A DNA stretch of 64,000 bases. Origin: Cenococcum geophilum (lineage: Eukaryota). Both the position numbers and the translations under genes were made by a program. Below the pieces are notes generated by a model. That model did not search any database. It had not been told where the DNA came from and saw nothing but the letters and a program-made list of their open reading frames with translations. Position 1 is the stretch's first letter; the number at the start of each line of letters is the position of its first letter. Below, in pieces: positions 12,401 to 25,200 of this stretch. The stretch is from NCBI GenBank assembly GCA_050273025.1, contig CP158635.1:24676001-24740000 (forward strand), given 5' to 3'.

Positions 12401-15400
12401 TAACGTATATGTTAATCTAGCAGGTCCGTAAAATGTCCTAAGTATATTTTATGGATATATTTTATAACTAACGGGCGGCTTAATAGTGGGTTACCTCGTT
12501 AATTATATATAATACTGGGCTGCCGTTAATATATATAATATCTACGTACACTAAGTGGTTGAAATTAAGGTCTTTATAAAGAGTAAACTTAAATTGGCCT
12601 AGGGAACGTCCGTATTTCTAGTAAAAGGAGCAGTATTTAGTTAGGTGGTTAATTGCCTTTCTATTAACATTGTTATGTCCAAAACGTTTAAGGACTCTAT
12701 ACAGCTTTTCGGCTAATAGGTGGCCGAAACAGCGGTACAGGCAGTGGATTTCCGTACTAGTGAGGTAGTACGGGTTATAGTTAAAGGATTCCTAAATATA
12801 GGTCCGTAAAGTCTCTCTCTATATAAGGAACGGGTGTCCAAATCGTCGTGTAATTGGTAGGGTAATATTCTTACTTCTTAGGGCAGTTGCGGGGCCAATT
12901 AGGGTATCCGTAACATTATTATAGTAAACCTATAGTCTATTTATGTCCGTAAGGTAGAGTAGGAAAGGGGTGTCCGCTTTTACTATATGGAAGTTAACTA
13001 GGCTAATTGGAGTCTTAACTTTAACTGATCTAATTAATGCGGTTAAGCTAATGCCAAATTGGACGTTTATGGCCCCAGTTTGCATAGTATTAATGTCCGT
13101 ATTATTATTTATGGTGGCCTTATATACAAGGTATTATCCGTAACCTATAGTAGACTTCTTAGAGGCACTTATATCAATCATAACGCTATAAAATTCTTTA
13201 GGGGTGTAGTGTTTAGTAGTAATATATGTAAATGGGTCCTATTTGCAGTCTATAATATCTATAACGGGTCCAATAGGTGTGCTTACGGGCTAGTTTTTGG
13301 GTGCAATTAAGTATATAAAGGAGCGGTCGGCTAATACGGTCGTAATATTAAAGGCTTAGCCGTCCGTAAAAGGTCTAAAAGTAGTTAGGAACGTCTCTAA
13401 GGTCTCCTATTTCTAAATATCTAAGTTAAAGTTAATTATAAGGGCTTCTATTAACTCGTTAAGAGACTCCTCCGCTTCCTCTCCTTCGTAGTTTAAGATA
13501 AACTAGTTAATCCGATTGTTAAATCTCTTCTTAGACTTGTTACGTTCTTCCTAGTTATACCTTATAGACCAATATCCTTCCTTACCGCACATAAAGCACT
13601 TCTGGCTAGTTCGTCTATAGGGGTATACTTTTATACGGGGGTTGCTACGGGGGTTATAGGTAGGACTTAGTCAGTACGGGTGTTGCTAGCGGTAGCGGCG
13701 GTCCGTAAAGTAGACGTCTAAGTCTATTTACGGATATTAAATATCCGTAATAAAGGCTTAAGTGCTGCCTGGCGGGTTTAAGGCTTCGTATATTATAATA
13801 GAGGACCGTAAATCGTTAATAAGGCTAGCTATAGTATCTGCGGGCTTATAACAGGCGTATTTACAGGGTTTTATTTCCTAGTAAGCCGTAATAAGTTTAT
13901 TGTATAGGAAGTCGTCTGTTTAAAGCTTAATATTAAGACCATGCTGTAGGTGGCGGAGGTCTTTAATAAGGATTTGCAGGCACTCTATAGTCAATTTTTT
14001 AGTGTTCTTGTCCATTACGGTCCGTAACTTGGTCGCATTCCATTGGGTAAGGATATTACGCTTATATTCCGGTCCTTTAAAGTAGTTATATATGGCTTCG
14101 TATAGCTTATTAAAGGGAACGCCAAGGGGGTTACTCTTGAGGTTAGTGTAGTAGTGGTTAAGTGCTAGGCCGCGCAGTATGGTAGAGTAGGCTTAGCTGA
14201 ACTCCTATTTAGAGATATTAGCCTTCTAATAAAGGTCCGTAAAGATAGTCAGTTTAAAATTAAAATTGTTATTTTCACCGCTATACTTAGATTCGTCGGT
14301 ATAGAGCTTAGCCAGGTTAGCTAGCTCCTTACTATAGGTCTTTAGTTAGGTAGGTTACGGATCTGTAACTTACAGATCTATGGTTTGCCAATCTATAGTT
14401 TGCGGATATATAGCTTACGGATATATAGTTTGCGGATCTATAACTTAGATAACGGGGGTAATTTAGTCCATATTTTAGTTTATAGGGGTGTTATAGTCCG
14501 TAGCTTAAGAGTAGGGTATATTTTGGCCAATAAGGTTAAGTCTAAAGCCGCTTGGGTTTATAGGACGAATTTAGTTAAGTGGGTTAGGTATAAGGCTAGC
14601 GATTATATTAAGTTTAGAAGAAGTAAAGAGTTCTTTAGTTTCTTAGAACTGGTCTAGGATTTTCTCTTTAGTCTATTCCGTTTGGTCCTTCTTGTATATT
14701 ATATTATATAAGGACTATACAACAGTGACTTATTTATTCCTTTTAACCCATACACCTTGGTTACGTAAGAGGGTCCGTAGGTTATAGATAGTAGTAGGGT
14801 TGTATACTTTAAAGATAGCTTCCGTAAAGTCCGCGAAGTCTTCCTAGTATTACTCCTATAGGTCAACGTTTATAAGCTTAAAATATTTATATTTAAGAAC
14901 TTTGAATTTAATGTAGTTGTTAACGTCAGGTATAGACGTAAGGTCGGCTCCCTGCCTCCACTTTTCCTGGCCTTTATTAACTTGCTTTCTTAGGTCTGCT
15001 ATACTATATAGTGTAGTTTAGTACGTAGTGGGTAGAAGAGGTCTTGTAGTGTACCGTAAAGGCGGTTAGCGGGTCCGTAACGGTTTGTAGAAAGGTAGGG
15101 GGTTTCCGTAAGGGGTCTTGACAGGTCTATAGTAGTTTGCAAAAAGGTAGGGGGTCTCCGTAAGGGGTCTTAACAGGTCTATAGTAGTTCGCAGAAAGGT
15201 AGGGGGTTTCTAAAAGGGGTCTAAAAAGAGGTCGGGGGTATTAAGGGAGGGTGTAGTAGGAATAGGGGGTTTGAGGTTTAAGGATAGGGGGTTCTGTATA
15301 GGTCTGTATTCGCGTCTATAAACTTTTAGTAAACCGTACTAAGACTTAAATAAGTATATAGAGTTAGAGATAAGTCTGTAATCCCTGACTTCTAACCTTT

Positions 15401-15770
15401 TAGTAGGTTGTACTAGGAGTCTAAACGAGTGGTCACTGTCGAGTATTGCTTAGGGGGAGGTGTTGAGTAATTACTAATCTGTGCGCGCTTACTAATCAGT
15501 ATTTGTACCAACTTAATAGTATAATTAAGTCGTATCTAGGGGCACGAAATACGTATAGTATCGTATGCTTATTTAGATAGTGGTGACTATCGATTGTATA
15601 AAGCAGACTATGTAGTCTATATACTAATGCGCCTCCCCCCTAATTAGTTAGTGCTTTAGAAGTGCACCAGACGCGTAAGCGGGTGGTTGGTGCACCAAAC
15701 GCGTAAACGCGTACTCGGCGTACTGAACGCGTAAGCACGCGGTTAGTACGACAGGTGCTATAATTATACA
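9472..15770 (-). mobile_element. Copia/Ty1 LTR retrotransposon 1 (6.3 kb; LTRs 9472-9742 and 15500-15770; TSD ATAAC)
   Basis: 271-bp direct LTRs, with ATAAC at 9467-9471 and 15771-15775. Minus strand order gag-PR-IN-RT-RH, with de-RIP LRDISQAYVQS (~11198-11230), KPLYGVPEAGNHWF and QTDDTL (~10950-10968). Confidence 0.95.
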
Positions 15771-15789
15771 ATAACCTTTATTATTTTTA

Positions 15790-16383
15790 ATACCTTTTAT
15801 TAAATCTTCTACGTCTAATTATTGTAATTAGCTAGTAATATTAATTTTTTTACTTAGTAAAGTTATACCGTCCTATTTTTATTATATAAAGAAGAAGTTA
15901 GTATATATTACGATTATAGCTCCGTCTAGTTACTAACCTTCTTCTTATATTAAGTATATGCAAGTAAATATATAATTGTCCTATAATATTTAATCCGTCT
16001 TTAACACTAAGTATATACATTTTATTAATCTTTATATTTATTTAGTTTCTTATTTAATCCACTATAGGGTCTTATATATTAGTAGAAGCTAAAAGGTTAA
16101 AGGGTAAGCTAGCTAAGGCCCTAGTTAAGGTTTAACGCCGTTTTAATAAAGCGTCCTAGGCTCTAAAGGCTTAACTAAATATTTATACTTAATTAAGCTG
16201 TCTTATAAAGGTTTATAAAAGGATATACTTAAAAAAGGTACGTCTTATGGAGTAAGGTCTTTTTAAACTTAAGGTTAAGGAAACTAAAAAGAATTTTAAC
16301 TATAAAGAGGTAGAAATAGTTTATACGCTAGTAGTAGATCCCTTAGATAATCCAGCTTATCTATTACCTTTAACTTTTTCTTA
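15790..16383 (+). pseudogene. Antisense extra ORF of family B copy 2: Zn(II)2Cys6-like cluster, 55-bp intron and coiled coil (RIP-degraded; 3' end approximate)
   Basis: Six TAT codons (RIP of TGT) spaced x2-x6-x13-x2-x8 at ~15874-15984. Putative intron 16013-16067 restores the frame. Second copy at ~63122-62560. Confidence 0.68.
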
Positions 16384-19300
16384 ATATTACCTAACCTATT
16401 CTCTTTTAATACTCCTATACCTTTTCTATAGCGTTTTTTAAGTTTCTTAATAGCTCCTAAGTAGTCTTATTATAGCCTATCCACTTTATTTTATGCCATA
16501 TTTTATTATTAATATCTTTATAACTTATAACTTTTAAACCCTACTATTTATCTTCTTTTTGCCCTTTATATATATCTACCTTATAAACTAGTAGCTCTAC
16601 GTCTCTATATACTAGCTTTAGTATTATAATATACTATATAAGATAGATCTTTATCTTTATTAGTAAGTTAAGCCTATATATAACTTTTAAAAATTTAGCT
16701 ATAATTTTAAATAGTCTTAGTCTAATATAGTCTAACTTTTTACTTAGTTATTAACTTACAAAATTTTTATGTAATAGCTATACTTTATCCCCCTCCTTTA
16801 GATCTAATCCCGTAAATCTCTTAGTATTATAATACTTTTTTATTTTTTTATATATATTTTTTGCTATAAAATAGAGGTCCTTATAAAGATTAATTAAAGC
16901 CTTTATTTTTTTCTTTACTTATAATAATAATAATAATAATAATATTTTAGGTTTATACCTATAATTTACCTAAAATAGTAATATCTCTATGCCTTCTTAT
17001 AGTGTTATATTATATATAAATTATATAATTAGTAATAATAATACCTAATTATTCTATATATAATTAATATAATGCCTTAAATACTACTCTAGTATCTAAT
17101 TTAATCTATTTTATTTATCTATTTATCTATAGATAATATATAGTAAAAGTTACTACTCTAACTTTTCATTCCGCTAAGAATACTTCCTAAAATACTACTA
17201 TAAATCTTAGATCTCTATCTAATATAATTTTACTTAATGCCCTATATCTTATAAATACTTCTTTAATATAGATTTTAGTAATATCTTCTATTAAGATTTC
17301 TTCTATATATGCTATAAAGTAGCCCTATTTAGTTAATTTACCTACTATTATTAGGATTACGTTATACTCCTATTTAATAATAAAATCTTTTAACTTTAGT
17401 AACTTTATAATAAAGTCCTATAATATAACTTCTTATAGTCTTTCTAGTATCTTAATAGGCTATAGCTTTCCGTACGGCTTATACCTTATTAGCTTATTTT
17501 TTTTTTAGTAATCTAGATACTCCTTTATAACTTTTCTTATTAAGCCTTAAATTTTATAAATAATATATTCCTCCTAAAGCCTTAATACTAAGCCTATAGC
17601 TCCATTATATTCTTATATTATTCCCCTATAGAAATCTTTAGTAAAATCTTTTATTAATCCCCTTAAGATATATTAATTTATTTTTTACTTATACTAATCC
17701 GTTTTTAGGTCTTTAGATTATATCTTTTAAATTCTTTTTATCTAATTACTTTCTAGTAACTTATATTCTTAAGTTACTATAATCTTAAAATAATTATACT
17801 TAATTAATTTATTACTATCCCTATATAATATTACTCCTAATAGTTTCTTATTATTTCATAGTTTAGCTTTTTTACTTGGTACGTTAGCTTTTATATTCTT
17901 AATGCTCTTAATATACTAAATCTTAAAATAGTATTCTATAAGTATCTCTACCTATTTAACCTATTTTTAATTAAGTTCTTTTATTATTAGGAACCCTATT
18001 AGGATTTTATGATCTATCCTAACTATAAATAGTTTTTTATACCTTATAAGAATGCTTTTTATTTCTTAAGTATTATAACTATATTTAATAACTCCTTATT
18101 ATAGATGTCATAGTTTAACTCTAGTAGTATTATCATTTAACTATAGTATGCTAGTAAATACTATATATTCTTATACCTCTATAGTAAGTATACTCCTAGT
18201 ATAAAGTTTAATACATTTAATTTTATAACCATCTTTAGTTCTAGTTAATAGATTTTAAGGATTAGTTCCTAGGTAAATAACTTCTTTTATTTATTTCCCT
18301 AAACCTATAGTTTCTCTTTCTTTATAAGCCTAGTAAAGGGTTTAATATTTTTTAACTATTATATTATAAACCTTCTATAGTAGTTATAAAACCCTAAAAA
18401 TAACCTTAACTATATTATATTTTTCTGTTCTTACTAACTTACTATAGCTTTAATCTTTTTTAAGTCTATATTAATATAACCTAGTTTAATAATAAATTTA
18501 ATAAAATTAGTCTTTTTAGTAAGAATTTATATTTCTTAATTGCTACTAGCATTTACTTTTTTAGTCTTTTTAAGACCTATTTAATATATTCTTAGTGTTC
18601 GTACTAACTTAATAGCACGAGTGAGTTGTATCCACGGGCACGAAATACATATAGTATCGTATACTTGTTTAGATGGTAACTGTTAATTATATAAAGCAGA
18701 CTACGTGGTCGATATACTAATGCACCTCCCCCCTAATTAGTTAGTGCTTTATAAGTGCACCAGACGCGTAAGTAAGTGGTTGGTGCACTAAACGCGTAAA
18801 CGCGTACCTGGTATACCGAACGCGTAAGCACGCGTTTAGTACAACAGGTGCTGTAATTATATACTGGCAGTACTTAAAAAATGAAACCACCTGTGTATAG
18901 CCTCCGTAATTGCTTTAATAAAACCATAGAATATAAAGGAAAATACATAGGAAATCTCCCCTAAGGTGCCGTCTAGGCTGCCTTCCAAACGGTACCCCAA
19001 GCTGGCCGTAAGTCCTACTTACGGTCCGTAAAATAAACCGTATAGCCTTTTGACGGGTAGTAGACGAGCTATAAGTCAGATTTTAAGGGCCGCTAAGGCG
19101 CTAGTGCTAAGCGAGCCAATGGCGATTTTCTATGCCCGGCATGGAAAATTATAATTGGTTAATTCGACCACTATGGCAGAATATGGCAGAATTTGGCAGG
19201 TTACGTAAGTCCACCAAGTTCTATCACAGCTTTCCACCGTTTTTTTTTCCACCTAACAGCTTACGGTCCGTAGAATAGGCCGTATAATAAGCCGTACGGC

Positions 19301-21044
19301 CTTCTAACGGGCCGTAGGCGTACCGTAGGTACTCCGTTAGTCCCGTTCTACCTATTCTATAACTTTTAGGTTAAGCTTATTCGTGTTAATTAGGGTTTTG
19401 AGGGCTTAATACGGCTTTGCCTTAGTTATAGCGTCCGCTAGGTTATCTCCGCTACTAAACCATTTGACCTCTATAATCTTACGTCGTTTATAGGCCTAAT
19501 ATAAGTATATTAGGTCGACCATAAGCCTCTTCTTTTATGTCGTACCTAGTTTAACTAGGCAGTTGTAAAGGGACTTTAAATCGGTGCATAAAACTAGGGG
19601 TAACTACTCCAGTTATAGAATCTTCTAGACCGTTAATTTAATTACGGCTGCTATATTAAATCCATAAGCTAGTGCATATAGTTTAGAAGCTAGTATACTA
19701 CGGGTTACTTATTTATACTTAATTGAAGACTAATATAGTATATTTGCGTCCTAATTGTGGTCCGTAAGTATAATTATAAAGCCAATTTATAATAATAGGT
19801 CTTTATTATTAGTAAAGGAGGTGTCTATAAATGCTAGTAAGCTAAGGGAACTTAGGTCTAGTGGTACAAAAGTAAGTCCCCTTACTATATTGTTAATTTG
19901 CCACTAAATGCGCTTATTAAGCTACTCAATATTTTCTTTTTATAAATCTACTGCCTAGGCCGTAAAGAATAAGTCGTAAGTAGATTTAGGTTAGCAGACT
20001 ATAGCAATATAGGCGCCTCTTGCACGCTATGCAGCGTATTAGTCCTTTGTATTTATAGTCTTATAAGTCTCTCTGCGAAAACTAGTAAGGTCTATAGGCT
20101 TTACTATAATAAGCTTTAGGTTTTAAGCTTAGCGTTTCTGGGTTAGCTAGATTAAGTTACCCTTTTATATAATTAAGCCTCCGTTAAACTTAATTAGAGT
20201 CTACTTAGTTAATTACTCTTATAGCTTTGCCAGAAACTTAGCTTCTTATAGTTTAGTCTCTTTAGTATCCGTAAATATCCGGTCTGCTAAGAAGAGGATA
20301 TTGTCTATTTAGAGTTTAATAATATTAAGGCCGTTTAATGGGCTATATAGGAGGTAGAGGTCGTAGGTTAACTGTTCTATTTTGAGTTTACTAATGTAGT
20401 ATTAGTGGTATATCTTAAACCAATGGTTTCTAGCTTTTAGTACTCCGTAAAGAGGTTTTATAACCCATAAAATTGTTCCTGGTTATAGGTTAAGCTCATA
20501 GGGTAGTTATATAAAGATATCCCTACTTAGGTAAGTATTAGACTATATATAGGCTTGTAAGATATCCCGTAAGTAAAGGGCTATAAATTTAGTTTGCTGT
20601 AGTCTGTAACAGCGCTATCGCACATTACCTGCCAAATTCTACCATATTCTGCCAACCTATAATTGGCCCGCCTAAAGCTAGCGCCTTAGCGGCTCACCCT
20701 ATATATTTGTTTACATTGGTTCTAGCAACCCCTTTTCCTTCTCTTTAGCTTAGTATCTTTATAATACAGTATTCATTCAAGCTTCGGTTCAGAGGCATTT
20801 ATTTAAGCTATAACATTATACTAAGCTCTCCCTACCTTGCCTAGGAAGGCCTCAATAATATCCCACCCTAAAGAAACTTCGTCTGCAACAACGTATTAAC
20901 GCGCTATACTCAGATACCAAACAACTCTACATTGCCTAGGAAGGCCTAGATAATATCCCACCTTATAAGCCAGATAGGACTAGACCTATACCCCCAGAAT
21001 CAAAACTAAAGCGTATAATACCGACGAACCTTAGGAAGCTAACA

Positions 21045-22206
21045 ATGGCACCTAAAGTAAGCTCATCTAAGAGAGCTACCTCTACCCAAGAGGAACCTAA
21101 GATCCAATTAGGATCAGAAATCGAAGATAATAATAACGTTATAGACGTATACGAGTAGATTCGTGCCCTTACAGCCAGCCAGAAAGCCAATTATCTTAAA
21201 GCGAGAAATATATAAGAGACCCTATAAGAGATCCTAGAAAGCCTTATAGCCCTATAAAATAGCCCAGCTTCCCCTTCTTAAAGCCCTAGTTAACCTATTC
21301 ACTCTACTAAATACAATATACTAGGGAGTACGGATATAATAATAAAGTAATTAAAGTCCGTTAAGCTCCCTAACCCCCTACCACTATTTAATAGGATAGA
21401 CCCTACCTTTAAGAATTAGAGGATTTAAGTACAAGGAAAGCTCCGTGTTAACTATAACTATTTCCTTTCTAAAGAAGCTAAAATACTCTACCTCTTTAAT
21501 CAAACCACTGGGGACGCCTAACGGCACCTTTAAGCCAAGTTTAAGGACGACTCCCCTATCTAATTTATATCCATTAACAAGATAATACAGCACTTAGCGG
21601 CTATCTATGTTAACCCAAACAAAGTACGGGATGCCCATTATAACTATAATCGCCTAATAATAAAACCAAACTAACCCTTTACTAAATTCCAGACTTAATT
21701 CCTATACCTTACAGGAAAAGGCCAGGTCCCCCTTAAGAACTACTAATTAGACCTATACAATAAGCTAATAATCTGGCTATAAGAAAAGATTACTATAACC
21801 TTAAATAACCTACTAACCCACAAAAGACTTGCAGCTTATTGCCTATTATTAGACTTAAAACTAAAGCGGATTAACGCCTACCCTAATTAGCAGAAGCGAC
21901 TCCGTAATAATCGGAACTCGCCAGCTATACCTATAGGAGCTAGAGCAGGAAGATAAGTTATAACTACTCTTTTACTAAAGGCGGTTATAACTACGCACCG
22001 GTAAGCCTCACCCAACTAGTTACGTACCACACTATTAACTAGTATTCGCTATAATACTCTAATTAACCCTGCCTCGGTCACATACTTTAACTACAATAAG
22101 TAGGGTCACTTTACCTTATCCTACCTAGAGCTAAAAAATATAGGCGATATTAAGGAGATAGAGGAAGAAGAAACGTTAGATAAGTTAGGAAAAAAGGAAC
22201 CCTAGA
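21045..22206 (+). pseudogene. gag: gag of element C
   Basis: Starts ATGGCACCTAAAG. De-RIP CCHC knuckle CFNCNKQGHFASSC at ~22083-22124. Ends GKEEP*. Confidence 0.8.
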
Positions 22207-25200
22207 GAAAAACTCCCCCCTAGGGTACCCTATCAATCTTAAAAAGATTAATCTTAGTTAGTTAATAGGTAGAAAGCATTTTACGTTTTTATATATAGTA
22301 TCTTAAAATAGATATAGAGTTAATATAACCGCCCTTATTAACACTAGAGCAAATAGCTTCGCCTTTATAAATACTGCCTATATAAATAATATTGCTAAGT
22401 TTCTAAATACAGAAGCTATCTAACTAGAGAAGCCTATCTAGGTAAAAGGCTATAACAGCTAAGCCGGTCGGCCTATTACCCACGTCTTAAAGTTATATAT
22501 CGCTCTTAACGGACGACGCCAATATAGTATCCCCTTTTACATCCTAGACCTAAGGTCTTACAATATAATCCTTAGACAAAAATAGATGTCCTATTTTAAT
22601 ATCTGGTTAAATATATAATAAAGACGGTTTATCTAGCTGGAGGATAGACTAAGGTTACCCTCCTTTATTAGGGAAATCTAAACCAACCGCAAGACACTAG
22701 CCGTAAGGGCTAACCCTACTTACTAGCAGGATGTCCGGGCCTATAACCTAGCCTTTACCTAAAAAGACGCTTACCGCGAAGCTAGAAAGAACTCCGTACC
22801 AATAAAGATACTCTCCTAAAGTACTATATTTAAAGAGGACTCTATATACAAAAGCAGGATAGATAGTAATATAGACAACGTCCAAATCGCACGGATCTAA
22901 CCGGTATAGAAAAGAACGTATTAATAGGATATAAGGGATAACCTCTAAAAGATATAACAGGAGCTAAAAGGGGTAATAATAACGCCAGTACCCCAAAAGT
23001 CCCTAAAGTTATATACGCCCCTATTATTAGGCAACCCCCCTACTATAGACATTACCACAATTAGCGCTATAGCATTCCACTTTAATATATACTAAAAGGA
23101 TAATAAGGTCTTTATAATAAGCCTATATAAGATTAACCAAATTATTAATAATAGAGAGGAAAGGCCAGTTAAGGAAACTAATAAGGAACTAGTTAAACGC
23201 CTCCTTCCTACTATTTATATAAACTATAAGGATATATTCTTAAAGGCGGCCTTAGATAAGTTACCCCCCTACCAAATATACAATTATAAGATTCAATTAG
23301 AAGCCAATAACTCGCTAGGCTATAGCCCCCTCTACCATTAATTAACAGATAAGCTAAAAGCAATAAAGCAGTACTTAATTAACAACCTGGATAAAAGGTT
23401 TATTAAGCTAAGTCAAGCCCCTTTTACTTCCCCTATCCTATTCGTAAAAAAGCCTAATAAAGGCCTTCGTTTTTATATTAACTATTAAAAGCTAAACGCT
23501 ATTACTTAAAAGGACCAGTATCCTATTCCTTTAATTAACAAAACCCTTACACGTCTAAGCTAGGCAAAGATCTTTACCAAACTTAATATCCGCTAAGCTT
23601 TCCACCAAATTAGGATAAACCCTACATCTAAAGATTTAACAACGTTCCGTACCCATTATAGTTCCTATAAATATAAAGTTCTTCCCTTTAGACTAATAAA
23701 CGGACCGGCTACGTACCAAAGGTATATAAATAACGTTCTTTTTAATTACCTTAATAAATTCTGCACGGCATACCTAGACGATATTCTTATATACTCAGAC
23801 AACAAACTTAAGCATTAAGTTTATATTAAGAAGGTCCTAGAGAGACTACGGAACACGGGCTTATAAGTTAATATTAAGAAATACAAGTTTAGGGTAAAAC
23901 GTACAAAATACCTTAGGTTTATCATAACTACGGAAGGAATTAAGGTCAACCCTAAAAAGGTAGAGGTAATCCATAACTAAAAGCCCCCTTATACAATAAA
24001 AGGAATCCAGTCCTTCCTTAGCTTCTACAACTTCTACTACCAGTTTATCTATAACTACGGAATTACAGCAAAACCTCTTATACAACTAACCAGAAAGGAT
24101 ACACCTTTTATCTTTAATAATAGCTATATAGAAGCCTTTAAAGAGATAAAGGATCGGCTTATCTCTTCCCTAATCCTTTATTACTATAACCTAGACCTTA
24201 AATTAATGCTAAAAACAGACGCCTTTAATAGGGTTATAGCGGGAATCCTATTACAGTTACATCTAGACGGCAAATAGTACCCTATAGCTTTTTTCTTAAA
24301 GATAATAGACCCGGCTAAGTATAACTACAAAGTACATAATAAAGAAATGCTAGCTATTATTTAATTACTCTCCTAATAGCGCGCAGAGCTTAAAGGTACA
24401 AATTCCCGGATTAAGATATATATAGATTATAAAGCCCTAGAGTACTTTATAACTATAAAGCAGCTTACTAAACAATAGGCTTAGTAGGCCAAAATACTCT
24501 CCTAATTCTTCTTTATAATTATATATCGTTCTAGCAAGTAAAACTTTAAGGCTAATACCCTAACCTAAAGAGAATAAGACGTAGAACCCCAGGATAAGCT
24601 AAAGACCCAATATCAGACGCGCGCCCTCCTCTATCTAGAATAGCTCAACCCACGGATCCTTAAGGAGCTAGACTCCTAGCAAAATTAGCTAGCACTAATA
24701 GAGGAGTCCTTAAATAAGCTAATAGGGCTAATTAACCGCCTCCTAACTGTAAACCGCACGGCTAACGCCCTAAGGGCCCTCCGTAAATAAGCCGTAAAAG
24801 AAAACCCTAATTTTAAAACGGAGGAAGGATTACTCCTATACTAGGAGCGGCTTATAGTCCCTAATATCAATAATCTACGGACCAAACTAATCCGCAAAGC
24901 TTATTGCTAAGTCTTTACGGCACACCCTAGCAAGAATAAGACCCATAAAATTATTAACTGCCGCTACTACTGGCCAAGAATGGTTGCGGATATCGATTAA
25001 TATATATAGAACTGCGAAGACTGCTAAAGAGCTATAATCCCACGGGATAAAACCCTAGGACTACTTAAGCCACTCCTAATACTAAAGCGCCCTTAGCAGC
25101 ATATCTTTATAGACTTCCACAAACTACCTAGGGACCGTAACGGATATAATATAGTTATAGTTATAGTCAACCACTTTAGTAAACGCCCGTTCTCAATTCT

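Noticed and set aside
14345..15240. 18-bp and ~54-bp tandem repeats in Copia gag, variable between copies
   Set aside because: Ordinary low-complexity gag linker variation.
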